Shown here: in pieces, positions 54,174 to 63,495 of the stretch
How the letters are laid out: each line of letters begins with the position of its first letter
Numbering within the stretch: position 1 is the first letter of the stretch
Assembly (NCBI GenBank): GCA_026988035.1
Contig: JALSLY010000069.1
Coordinates: 15,337 to 79,336, forward strand
Direction of reading: 5' to 3'
Origin: Thermotogota bacterium
Lineage (GTDB): Bacteria; Thermotogota; Thermotogae; Mesoaciditogales; Mesoaciditogaceae
Length of the DNA: 64,000 bases
Notes under the pieces: model-generated
What the model saw: the letters and a program-made list of their open reading frames with translations, nothing else
Told to the model about the DNA's origin: nothing
Databases searched by the model: none
Made by a program: the position numbers and the translations under genes

Positions 54174-55553
54174 ATGGGATACATTTACTCACTTCCAATG
54201 ATTTTTACCGCTATAGGTGCCGTGCTGTGTTTGAGTAGGAGCATGTATTTTGAAGAATTTGTTTCCGTGATATCTGCCCTCGCCACAGTTGTTGTGACAG
54301 GCACTGTTGTTTTTCTTCCCGATTTTTCAAATGGCTTTCTCTATATAGATGGTCTTTCAAAAATCATGCTCATTATGATATCTGCCATATACACATCAAC
54401 AGTCATTTTCTCAACAACGTACATGAAGTATATAGAGAATCCTCTCTTTGAGAAGAATTTTTACTACTTTTTGATGAATCTCTTTGCGTTCACGATGTTC
54501 TTCACGGTTTCTGTTAACAATTTTGGGTTGATGTGGGTAGGAGTGGAAGCTACAACGGTCACAAGTGCACTCCTGGTAGCGACTGAAAACAACGAGTCAT
54601 CCATGGAAGCAACATGGAGGTACATAATAATCGTGTCGTCTGGTTTGATAATCTCACTGCTTTCGAACGTATTCATATACAGTGCCACACACACACTTTC
54701 ACTCTCGATGCTCATGTCTATGAAGGTCACAAATGCTGGTAAGATTTTAACGCTCGGCTCAATGATGGCCATTGTTGGATACGGAACAAAAGCCGGGATC
54801 TTTCCAATGCACACCTGGCTTCCGGACGTTCATGGCAAGGCACCAGCACCTGTTAGTGCCATATTTTCTGGTGTGCTCTTACCTGTGGCACTTTATGTCA
54901 TGGCTCGAATACTTCAAATTGTACCTGTTGAGAGTGTTAGAATATTCTCATTTGCACTTGGATTCTTGACAGTCTTAATTGCCGCAGTATTAATGGTGGC
55001 TCAAGGACATTACAAACGCCTTTTTGCATACTCAACAATGGAGAACATGGGAATGGCTCTGATCGGTTTATCACTTGGGAAATACGCTTTCATTGGGGCA
55101 ATAATTTTGTTAATATCGCATGCCTTTGCCAAGTCATCGGCATTTTTTCTTACCGGAAATGTGCTTGCGAAATACAAATCTCATAAAATGACTGATGTAA
55201 AAGGGATATCAAAGCGTATGCCTTTTACTGCCTATACACTCATGTTCTCTTCAATGGCTGTTACCGGCACGCCTCCTTTCGGCACATTCATAGGAGAGTT
55301 TATGATAATCTATGGCATGCTCTTGAACTTTCCACTCTTTTACACTTTAACACTTGTGGGATTCCTTGCACTGGCCTTCATAGCTGTAAATTTCAAGATC
55401 GGAAAGATGATCTTCTCAGAGTCCGATGGTGAAATGATGGAGAGAAAGAGAGTTGGAAGGATTGTACCCATGGTGAATACGTCCCTCGCCTTCCTTGTCG
55501 TCTTCTTAATACCGCAAATCCAGGAGATTCTTTCCAAGGGGATGATAAGATGA
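54174..55553 (+). CDS. Mrp/NuoM/N/HyfF-like antiporter-type membrane subunit
   Basis: Proton_antipo_M signature region: GYGTKAGIFPMHTWLPDVHGKAPAPVSAIFSGVLLPVALY ... AYSTMENMG. 459 aa. Confidence 0.85.
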   Translation: MGYIYSLPMIFTAIGAVLCLSRSMYFEEFVSVISALATVVVTGTVVFLPDFSNGFLYIDGLSKIMLIMISAIYTSTVIFSTTYMKYIENPLFEKNFYYFLMNLFAFTMFFTVSVNNFGLMWVGVEATTVTSALLVATENNESSMEATWRYIIIVSSGLIISLLSNVFIYSATHTLSLSMLMSMKVTNAGKILTLGSMMAIVGYGTKAGIFPMHTWLPDVHGKAPAPVSAIFSGVLLPVALYVMARILQIVPVESVRIFSFALGFLTVLIAAVLMVAQGHYKRLFAYSTMENMGMALIGLSLGKYAFIGAIILLISHAFAKSSAFFLTGNVLAKYKSHKMTDVKGISKRMPFTAYTLMFSSMAVTGTPPFGTFIGEFMIIYGMLLNFPLFYTLTLVGFLALAFIAVNFKIGKMIFSESDGEMMERKRVGRIVPMVNTSLAFLVVFLIPQIQEILSKGMIR

Positions 55554-56785
55554 AGAAACTTCTAGGTGCTTACATACAAGATGGTAGGAAGTATATCATC
55601 CTTCAAGAGAATGGAAAAGTTGTTGCGTTAGAAGGAAATGCAAGTGAGTTTAAGAATTCAGAGCTCCTGAAAAACAGAAATGAGTATGTAAAAAATGTGT
55701 TAGAAAAAGAAGAGATCTATGGCGATGACGTCTTCGATTTCAGATACGGTCCTGTCACAAGCGGAGTCGGAGAAGCTGGAGTTTACCATCTTTACACATA
55801 TGGCGAAAGAATTTTATCGGTAAAAATCGATACTTCTTATAAAAGGCGAGCCCTGGACGATAAAATGATAAGCTCTGATATTAACGATGCACTGAAACTC
55901 TCAGAAGAGATATGCGGTAACTTTGCCATTTCGCATTCCATAGCATTTTCAAGAGCCGTTGAGAACGCTCTGAAGATAGAAGTAAGTAGGGATATCAAAG
56001 CTTTGAAGGCGATTGCCATAGAACTCGAGAGAATTTACAACCACCTTTATGTGATATCCAGACTTGCCGGAGCCGCGGCTCAACAAGTCCTCGCCTCGCA
56101 TCTTATGGGCCTTTTTGAAGATTCGCTCGTTGTCAACAAAATCTTCTCTGGTTCCAGATACCTGATCAGATTCAACTCGATAGGCAGCGTGCTCAGATTT
56201 CCATCGCATGAAGAATTAAAAGATGTGACAGATAAGGTTAAAAAAATCAAAAGCGCCTTTTCGGAATTGTACAAGAATTCAATGTCGAGCGGGAATTACA
56301 TCGACAGGTTGCACCTCACCGCCACTTTAAGCGCAAAAGACGCGGAACTCATAGGGCTGACCGGTCCGAGCTTAAGAGCCTGTGGAGTGAAAGAAGACTT
56401 AAGGACTCATGATGAGATCTATCGCGGAATAAAAATAGTATCAGATGAAGAGGGGGATGCGCTTTCAAGAATGGAAGTGCGAGCCGGAGAGATTCTTGAA
56501 AGCTTGAAATTCATCCAGAAAACAGTTGATAATTTAAGCTTGGATAAAGCGATGCCTTTCATTTCAACTGAAAGTGGTGAAGGAATTGGATGGAGTGAAT
56601 CCCCCAGTGGAACGATCATCTACCATGTTGAGATAGAGAACTTTAGAATCAAGAGCGTTTATGTGTCAACGCCTTCCGTTTTCGGGATGTCTGCTATAGC
56701 ACATTCAATGGTTGGCAATATATTCACAGATTTTCCATTTGCTGTGGAGTCTTTTGGCGTCAATTTCTCAGACGCGGCGAGATGA
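55550..56785 (+). CDS. NuoD / HycE-large-subunit-like protein lacking the NiFe-binding cysteines
   Basis: 411 aa. The family blocks LSEEICGNFAISHS (position of RxCGxCxxxH), ELERIYNHL and GLTGPSLRACGVKEDLR are present. The C-terminus is ESFGVNFSDAAR (position of DPCxxCxxR). The start overlaps the upstream stop (ATGA). Confidence 0.8.
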   Translation: MKKLLGAYIQDGRKYIILQENGKVVALEGNASEFKNSELLKNRNEYVKNVLEKEEIYGDDVFDFRYGPVTSGVGEAGVYHLYTYGERILSVKIDTSYKRRALDDKMISSDINDALKLSEEICGNFAISHSIAFSRAVENALKIEVSRDIKALKAIAIELERIYNHLYVISRLAGAAAQQVLASHLMGLFEDSLVVNKIFSGSRYLIRFNSIGSVLRFPSHEELKDVTDKVKKIKSAFSELYKNSMSSGNYIDRLHLTATLSAKDAELIGLTGPSLRACGVKEDLRTHDEIYRGIKIVSDEEGDALSRMEVRAGEILESLKFIQKTVDNLSLDKAMPFISTESGEGIGWSESPSGTIIYHVEIENFRIKSVYVSTPSVFGMSAIAHSMVGNIFTDFPFAVESFGVNFSDAAR

Positions 56786-56797
56786 GGGGTGGTATTG

Positions 56798-57256
56798 ATG
56801 AAATGGTGGCCAATGGTTGGAATATCAAAGATGCTAACCGAGGATAAAAAGTACGAATCTAAAGCGCGTGTGAAAAAAATGGGGATTTTCAGAAGATCTT
56901 TTCACATCTATACGATAGACGTTGGAAATTCCAACATTCTCAATTTTGAAATGCGAGCACTTCAAACTCCAAAATACAACGTCCACAGATTCGGTATATA
57001 TTTTGCCGCTTCTCCACGACATGCAGATTTGTTGATCGTTTTGGGAAGGCCGACAAAAAAGATGGTCGCCCCCCTTTTGGAAACTATCAATCAAATTCCA
57101 GAACCTTTCGGTGTCATACTTCTAAAAGGCTGCGGGAGTAGCGGAATTGATCTTGACGAATTAAAACTTCCAAACGTTGTGGCAAGCGTGAATGGGTGTC
57201 CAGAGCCTTCGGAGATCCTCGCCATTCTTTTAAAAATATCTGGAAGGGTTGATTAA
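56798..57256 (+). CDS. NuoB / HycG-small-subunit-like protein with an incomplete Fe-S cysteine set
   Basis: SFHIYTIDVGNSNILNFE, YNVHRFGIYFAASPRHADLLIVLG, PEPFGVILLKGCGSSG and VNGCPEPSEIL are collinear with the NuoB/HycG blocks. The GTG at 56789 is an alternative start. Confidence 0.75.
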   Translation: MKWWPMVGISKMLTEDKKYESKARVKKMGIFRRSFHIYTIDVGNSNILNFEMRALQTPKYNVHRFGIYFAASPRHADLLIVLGRPTKKMVAPLLETINQIPEPFGVILLKGCGSSGIDLDELKLPNVVASVNGCPEPSEILAILLKISGRVD

Positions 57257-57257
57257 G

Positions 57258-59129
57258 ATGATTTGCATATACTTTTCTTTCCTGTTTTTTGCACTTGGAG
57301 CATTGACCACGTTTTCAAAGAGATTGAGCTACAGTATGGCAACGATCGCATCCGCTCTTGCATTCGTAACGGCGCTCTTGGGTATGCACACCACTTTCGC
57401 TTCCGGCACGTACCTACTCCTCAACGGGTTCAGCCTGAGCATAGGAATGGATCATACAAGCGCGATCTTTTTGCTTATCGCATCGATATCGTGGTTTGCC
57501 ATTTCACTGTACTCTATAGATTATGGCATGAATTATTCCAAAAAGATGCCGATTTTCTTCAACGCTGCACTTTTCGGAATGTTTCTCGTTTTGATAGCCA
57601 GAGATGCATTAACATTTATAGGTGGATGGGAGATAGCTACGATTTTCTCTTATCTTTTGATAATGGAACACAAACACTCTTTCAAAGAAGCGTTCGAATT
57701 TCTCGCGTTTGGTGAAATTTCAACCGTCTCATTACTCGTCGCCTTTGCATCCCTTTATCTCAAGAATCATTCGCTCGCAATCATTGGAGCACACGGAACC
57801 TGGATTTTTTTGCTCATGGCTACGATAGCATTCATGACAAAAATGGGTACCTATCCGTTGCACACATGGCTTATAGGTGCACATTCCAGAGCTCCTTCGA
57901 ACGTTTCCGCGTTTTTGAGTGCACCATTGACTTTGATGGGTGTTTACGGTCTGGTAAGGGCGTTATCCATAGCTGGTCAACCCGAATGGTGGGGCGTGGC
58001 GGCAATGATCTTTGGTGGATTTTCCGCGTTCTGGGGCGCTTTGCAAGCCGCAGCAGCCAAAGGGCTCAAAATATTACCGGCGTATTCAACTGTTGAAAAC
58101 AACGGGATGATTCTCGCGACGTTGGGATTGTCTGTAACTGCGTACAGTGCACATTTGGCAGTGTTATCTTCTTTTGCCATGATCACATCGCTGATCTTGC
58201 TTTTTGCACACAACACGACAAAATCACTTTTGTTCATGGCGGTAGGCCATGCAAAAGAAGCGCTTGATGAAGACACGATCGACAACGTCAGAGGTATATG
58301 GACATCAGTTGGCAAGATCCCGGCAATATCCATATTGATCTCGGGACTTTCTTTCAGTGCTTTTCCACCACTAATTGGATTTCTTGGCGAATGGATGACG
58401 CTGGAAGCGCTCTTTCAATCGTACAAATTTCCATCCATGTTAGATAGACTAAGCGCCGCATTTGTGGGAATACTAATAGCCCTTGCAATGGGAATGGCAG
58501 CGTTTTCAATGGTGAAACTCACAGGATACACGGCGCTTGGATATGATCACGGCAAAAAGGCAAGAAATATCTCATCATTCACCATGAAGCTTTCTGAAAT
58601 GCTCCTTTCTCTTACCGTTCTGTTGGCAGGACTCTTTTCTCCATACATATTGAAGTATTTTGGGTACGGGACTTTTCTATCCGGTCTCTTTGGAGTTCCA
58701 AAACCGTTTCTTATCGTTTCTTCTCACCCTGTCTTCGGTGTGGTTTCACCTACATTTCTGGCAGTCGTTATCGGAACTCTGTTTCTGTTTCCTCTGATAT
58801 TTTACTTGGCAAAATCGGGAAAAGTCAAAAGGGTTAGCGCCTGGAACGGTGGTATAGCTCTAAAAGAGGAAGAATACTTTACGGCACCGGCTTACTCGTT
58901 TACCCTTGAGTACATAATGAGAAAAGTGTACTCTATGAAAGAGATCAAGCATGGAAACAAAAGATACGTCTCAGTCAAAGATATTACAACATCATTTTAC
59001 AACGGCTTGAAACATGCAGTGGAAATCATGGCCAAATCCTTATCACTCACTTTGATGAACGGACACGTATATTCGTACGTACTGTACACGATGATCATGT
59101 TTGTTCTCCTCTTTTTTATGGTTAAGTAA
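57258..59129 (+). CDS. NuoL / HyfB / HycC-like antiporter-type membrane subunit
   Basis: About 623 aa. Proton_antipo_M region: KMGTYPLHTWLIGAHSRAPSNVSAFLSAPLTLMGVYGL ... AYSTVENNG. The TTG at 57249 is an alternative start. Confidence 0.85.
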   Translation: MICIYFSFLFFALGALTTFSKRLSYSMATIASALAFVTALLGMHTTFASGTYLLLNGFSLSIGMDHTSAIFLLIASISWFAISLYSIDYGMNYSKKMPIFFNAALFGMFLVLIARDALTFIGGWEIATIFSYLLIMEHKHSFKEAFEFLAFGEISTVSLLVAFASLYLKNHSLAIIGAHGTWIFLLMATIAFMTKMGTYPLHTWLIGAHSRAPSNVSAFLSAPLTLMGVYGLVRALSIAGQPEWWGVAAMIFGGFSAFWGALQAAAAKGLKILPAYSTVENNGMILATLGLSVTAYSAHLAVLSSFAMITSLILLFAHNTTKSLLFMAVGHAKEALDEDTIDNVRGIWTSVGKIPAISILISGLSFSAFPPLIGFLGEWMTLEALFQSYKFPSMLDRLSAAFVGILIALAMGMAAFSMVKLTGYTALGYDHGKKARNISSFTMKLSEMLLSLTVLLAGLFSPYILKYFGYGTFLSGLFGVPKPFLIVSSHPVFGVVSPTFLAVVIGTLFLFPLIFYLAKSGKVKRVSAWNGGIALKEEEYFTAPAYSFTLEYIMRKVYSMKEIKHGNKRYVSVKDITTSFYNGLKHAVEIMAKSLSLTLMNGHVYSYVLYTMIMFVLLFFMVK

Positions 59130-59384
59130 TGGAAAGTCAATGGATCTAAGTTCAATTTCAATGAGAACATATCGTTAACAGAAGGCCAGAAATCAAAATG
59201 CTATAATCCATTTAAGTAATGCTACCTTCCAAGATTTTAACAAGGGGTGATTTAGATAATAAGATGTTTTTAGTCAACCAAAGATCCTCTTTACATCTTA
59301 TAATGTGTTTCATATATCATGAGGTCATTGACAGTTACAGAATGCTTGATAAATGCAAAAAGATATTAAAGAAGGTGAGCTAAT

Positions 59385-60203
59385 ATGAAGAAAATTCAAC
59401 TTGGAAACACATCTGAATTTCTTCCCGCAATAGGCATTGGTACCTGGGGTATGGGTGGTAAATTCGAGGCTGATTATTCAAAAGATCAAGAAGCCATTGA
59501 AGCACTTGTGAAAGCTGTTGATCTTGGAATGACGCACATTGATACGGCCGAGTATTATGGTGCAGGTCACACAGAAGAAATTGTAGGAAAAGCTCTTAAG
59601 AAAATAGAAGTGAAAAAAGTTTTCATCACTTCCAAGATCTGGCCGGATCATCTAAGACTAAAAGATGCTATCAACTCTATAGAAGCCACTTTAAAAAGAC
59701 TTGGAACCGATCACGTGGATCTTTACCTTGTGCACTGGCCTTCGAGTGAACTCACAATTGAAGAAACTATGGAAACGATGAATGAACTCTTAAAAAGAGG
59801 CTACACAAGGTACATAGGCGTGAGTAATTTTTCTGTAAATCAGCTCAAAGAAGCCATTCGATTTTCGAAAGCCCCAGTCGTTTGCAACCAAGTTAGGTTT
59901 AACATCCAAGATAGAGCAGCAGAAGAAAGTGGTTTGCTTGATTTTTGTGTAGAGAATCATGTGACGCTTACCGCTTATTCCCCCTTAAACAGGATGGACT
60001 TTGATAGCCCAACGAGAAGAAAACTCGAGGAAGTTGCAAGGCATAAAAACGCAACGTGGACACAAATTGCTCTCGCATGGGTGGTTAAAAAGGGAGCCTT
60101 GACAATACCAAAAGCGACAAGTAGAGAGCACTTGGAAGAAAACGCAAAAGCAGGTGATTTAGAGCTTAGTAACGAAGATATGGAATATTTAGAATCCAAG
60201 TAA
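59385..60203 (+). CDS. aldo/keto reductase
   Basis: IGIGTWGMGG, HIDTAEYYG, DLYLVHWP, IGVSNF and NQV.FN. 272 aa. Confidence 0.9.
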   Translation: MKKIQLGNTSEFLPAIGIGTWGMGGKFEADYSKDQEAIEALVKAVDLGMTHIDTAEYYGAGHTEEIVGKALKKIEVKKVFITSKIWPDHLRLKDAINSIEATLKRLGTDHVDLYLVHWPSSELTIEETMETMNELLKRGYTRYIGVSNFSVNQLKEAIRFSKAPVVCNQVRFNIQDRAAEESGLLDFCVENHVTLTAYSPLNRMDFDSPTRRKLEEVARHKNATWTQIALAWVVKKGALTIPKATSREHLEENAKAGDLELSNEDMEYLESK

Positions 60204-60325
60204 TCGAAAATGTACCTTTAGATACTGTTGCAGAAATCTTGAGTGCAGATCAATTTTCAAAGTCAAAATTACAAATTGGATTTTGCTGTCAGACTCAAAA
60301 TTTCTTGGAAGGCGAGAAATGTGAG

Positions 60326-61081
60326 TTACTGCCTATTGACCGTTTTTTGAATAAGAGACAGGATCTCGTCTTTGACTCTTTCGGGATTTTTTACGCCATA
60401 TATAATATAAGCGGGATCATTTATTGCAACATTCTGTGAGCGTGCGCTTCCAACAATTCCACCGATTCCTGCTTTTGTCTGAGCTTCTAAGCCGCCAAAG
60501 ACCATATTGGCACCTCCACCCATACCGGATGAAGTGATCGGAATAACGTTTCCTATGCCCCAAAACCTCTGAAAAAATCCCTTATCAACTTCTATATCGG
60601 TTATATGAGCACTTATGATCGTTCTATCTTTTCTGGAAAATATGCCAGATTTTAACGAAATGCCGTTTTCATTTATTTCATAAGAAAAGGTAAGTCTGTA
60701 AAGTTGGGAGATAGCTATACCTATAAGAGAAACGATTATAAAAATCTTTACCTCCGAAAACCCCTGAAACCACCCAAGAATTGCACGATAAACCTCGTTT
60801 GATGAAAGGGCTTCTATTTTGGAATAGAGAGAATTTATTTTTGGGAGGAAAGCTATAAGATCCAGAAGACCGATCCAAAAAAACCATCCAAATCTAACCC
60901 TTTTAAAGGTATGGAACAAAGCAGGTAGAAGGGTCATCAAAATCCAAATGAACAAATACCATCCAAAGCTAATTTCATCTTTGATTGCCAAAGAAAAAAG
61001 CGCCCAAAGAAAAAAGTAAGTGAATATGGAATACCTCATGAAAAAAGAAGTTGCCGTTGGCTTGAGTTTCACTTTATTCAC
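60326..61081 (-). CDS. membrane protein with a bacterial PH (bPH_2, YdbS/YdbT-like) domain and a Gly-rich C-terminal region
   Basis: N-terminal TM segments are followed by ISLKSGIFSRKDRTIISAHITDIEVDKGFFQRFWGIGNVIPITS (bPH_2-like pattern). After that comes GMGGGANMVFGGLEAQTKAGIGGIVG. Confidence 0.6.
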   Translation of the reverse strand: MNKVKLKPTATSFFMRYSIFTYFFLWALFSLAIKDEISFGWYLFIWILMTLLPALFHTFKRVRFGWFFWIGLLDLIAFLPKINSLYSKIEALSSNEVYRAILGWFQGFSEVKIFIIVSLIGIAISQLYRLTFSYEINENGISLKSGIFSRKDRTIISAHITDIEVDKGFFQRFWGIGNVIPITSSGMGGGANMVFGGLEAQTKAGIGGIVGSARSQNVAINDPAYIIYGVKNPERVKDEILSLIQKTVNRQ

Positions 61082-61159
61082 CTCCTTTTCTCCACATAAA
61101 ATTTTACCACTTTCTCATATATTTTGAGCATTCGCGAAAGGAATATTTTTTTGATTCTA

Positions 61160-61609
61160 TTATGTGCCAAGCATTGTAAAAAAAGTAACGATCGAAGCCG
61201 ATATAGCTATTCCACCTGCAATGGCAAAAATCGATTTCCCGCGGGGCATCTCAAAGAGCACGCTCAACAGAGAACCTGTCCAAGCCCCAGTGAGCGGAAA
61301 GGGGATAGCAACAAATACCATTATCGCCCATATTCCATATTTCTCTATTTTTTCTCGATGTTTTTCCTGACGAGTTTGCGAAAATTTTTCCACAAATTTT
61401 CCCACAGATGGAATTCTTCGTTTAACCCATGGCATCATTGCCGTAAAAAACAATATTACAGCAATAGCTGGAACCATATTGAAGATCATCGATATGCTAA
61501 CCACAACTAAGGGATTAAGGTGATAAACCAATATTCCAAGTGGAATTGCACCTCTCAGTTCGGATATGGGTGCCATTGCCAAAAACGCTATTTCTATTAA
61601 TCCTTTCAT
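61160..61609 (-). CDS. small membrane protein of the putative small multidrug export family (COG2426-like)
   Basis: 149 aa with 4 TM segments. The N-terminal motif [13 protein letters not shown] is the family hallmark as I recall it. Confidence 0.6.
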   Translation of the reverse strand: MKGLIEIAFLAMAPISELRGAIPLGILVYHLNPLVVVSISMIFNMVPAIAVILFFTAMMPWVKRRIPSVGKFVEKFSQTRQEKHREKIEKYGIWAIMVFVAIPFPLTGAWTGSLLSVLFEMPRGKSIFAIAGGIAISASIVTFFTMLGT

Positions 61610-62445
61610 GGTTCAACGATCTCGTTATCTATCAACCTTGCTTTTCCAACAAAAGCAGCTGTTGCGATTAAAATTCTTGAGGTAATCTTACTTACAGGCT
61701 GAAGTGTTTTCTCATCAACGATCTCGAAGTATTGAATGCGAACGTGTGGATATTTCCTCATCAGGTTGATCGCTTCAAGACGAATTTTGTAAGCATCACG
61801 CCGCCCAGATCTGATCGCTTCAGCTGCATATTCCAAAGCCTTGTGAAGTGCTATGGCATCTTTTCTTTCCTCAAAAGAAAGGTAAATGTTTCTGGAACTT
61901 AACGCCAAGCCATCTTTTTCGCGAACAATCGGCATTTCCACGAGTTCAACATCTATGTTCAAATCTTCCACCATGCGTTTCAAAATTCTAAACTGCTGAG
62001 CATCTTTTTGCCCAAAATAAGCGCGAGTGGGATTAACTATGTTGAAAAGTTTGTTCACCACCAGCACAACACCATCAAAATGCCCTGGCCTGTAATAACC
62101 ACAAAGCTGATCACCAAGACGAGAAACGTGAATAGAGGTGGAAAAGTCTTTAGGATACATATCTGATATTTTCGGTATGAACAAATAATCAACTTCTTCA
62201 TTTTCAAGCAACTTTGAATCTCTTTCCAGATCTCGTGGATAAGTGTCAAGATCCTCACCAGGTCCAAATTGTGTTGGATTCACAAAAATGCTGACCACTA
62301 CTATGTCATTATCTCTTCGGGCTTTTTTGACAAGAGAGAGGTGCCCTTCGTGAAGAAATCCCATGGTTGGCACAAATCCCACTGTTTTTTCTTTATATCC
62401 TCTGGATATTTCTTTCATTTCGCCGACGCTATTAACGATCTGCAA
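61606..62445 (-). CDS. panC: pantoate--beta-alanine ligase
   Basis: [29 protein letters not shown]...YPR, RPGHF.GV..VV.KLFNIV.P..AYFG.KD.QQ are present. 279 aa. Confidence 0.95.
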   Translation of the reverse strand: MQIVNSVGEMKEISRGYKEKTVGFVPTMGFLHEGHLSLVKKARRDNDIVVVSIFVNPTQFGPGEDLDTYPRDLERDSKLLENEEVDYLFIPKISDMYPKDFSTSIHVSRLGDQLCGYYRPGHFDGVVLVVNKLFNIVNPTRAYFGQKDAQQFRILKRMVEDLNIDVELVEMPIVREKDGLALSSRNIYLSFEERKDAIALHKALEYAAEAIRSGRRDAYKIRLEAINLMRKYPHVRIQYFEIVDEKTLQPVSKITSRILIATAAFVGKARLIDNEIVEP

Positions 62446-63493
62446 TGTTTTCTCCTCCTTCTAAACGTTTTTTAACCATTTCCTTCAATGTACTTGCAAT
62501 TTTTTTCCTTTCAACCACTCCTGTCTTGATTCCATTCTCGTAGATAACTCCACCGGATTTTGTACCAAAAACGGCAATATCAGCGTCCCTTGCTTCCCCA
62601 ATTCCATTAACAAAGCAGCCCATAACGGCAACTTTTAAGTTTGTCTTTATGCCTCTTAGCTCATTTTTCACCTCTTTGGCTAATTCTTCGACATTTATTT
62701 CTGATCTTGCACATGTAGGACATGCAACAATTTCGATTCCTTCTATCGCTTGGACAGCTCTGAGTATGGAATATGCGACGAAAACCTCTCGCACTGGATC
62801 ACCGGCGATCGATATCCTTATGGTATCTCCTATTTTCTCATGAATAAGATGGCCGATTGCAAATGCCGATTTTACAACGGCATCTTCATAAATGCCTGCT
62901 TCAGTAACACCTAAATGGATTGGATGATCTGTAAGTTTTGCTATCCTTTCATTAGCCAGTATAGTTTCTACAGCGTTAGATGATTTTACGGCAACCACTA
63001 TATTATCGAAAGCCACAGATTCTAACATTTCAACTTCATCCATAGCACTTGTAACCAAAGCGTCAATCCTGTCACCAAATTTTTCAAAGTAGTGTTTATC
63101 GATCGAACCCATGTTCGCACCTACTCTTATTGCTACACCATGATCAGAAGCCGCTTTAGCAACTTCCTTAACTTTCCACCTTGCCCCTATATTCCCGGGA
63201 TTTATTCTAACTTTGTCAATTCCCACTTCTATGGACTTTATCGCTAACTTGTAATCGAAATGAATGTCTGCAACAAGTGGTAGCCGTGTTTTCCTTTTTA
63301 TTTCTCTCAACGCCTCGACACATTCCTCATCATACACACTCAGTCTAACGATTTTGCATCCAGCATTTTCAAGCGCCTTTATTTGTTCAAGGGTTCTTTC
63401 AACATTTTTTGTATCTGTATTTGTCATAGATTGAACTGCAATTGGCATGCCCCCACCAATTTCCACATTCCCAATTTTCACAATTTTAGACAT
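62432..63493 (-). CDS. ispG: 4-hydroxy-3-methylbut-2-en-1-yl diphosphate synthase (flavodoxin)
   Basis: V.IG..PI.VQSMTNT.T......[42 protein letters not shown] and VAVMGC.VNG.GEA..ADI are present. Confidence 0.95.
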   Translation of the reverse strand: MSKIVKIGNVEIGGGMPIAVQSMTNTDTKNVERTLEQIKALENAGCKIVRLSVYDEECVEALREIKRKTRLPLVADIHFDYKLAIKSIEVGIDKVRINPGNIGARWKVKEVAKAASDHGVAIRVGANMGSIDKHYFEKFGDRIDALVTSAMDEVEMLESVAFDNIVVAVKSSNAVETILANERIAKLTDHPIHLGVTEAGIYEDAVVKSAFAIGHLIHEKIGDTIRISIAGDPVREVFVAYSILRAVQAIEGIEIVACPTCARSEINVEELAKEVKNELRGIKTNLKVAVMGCFVNGIGEARDADIAVFGTKSGGVIYENGIKTGVVERKKIASTLKEMVKKRLEGGENIADR

Positions 63494-63495
63494 TT

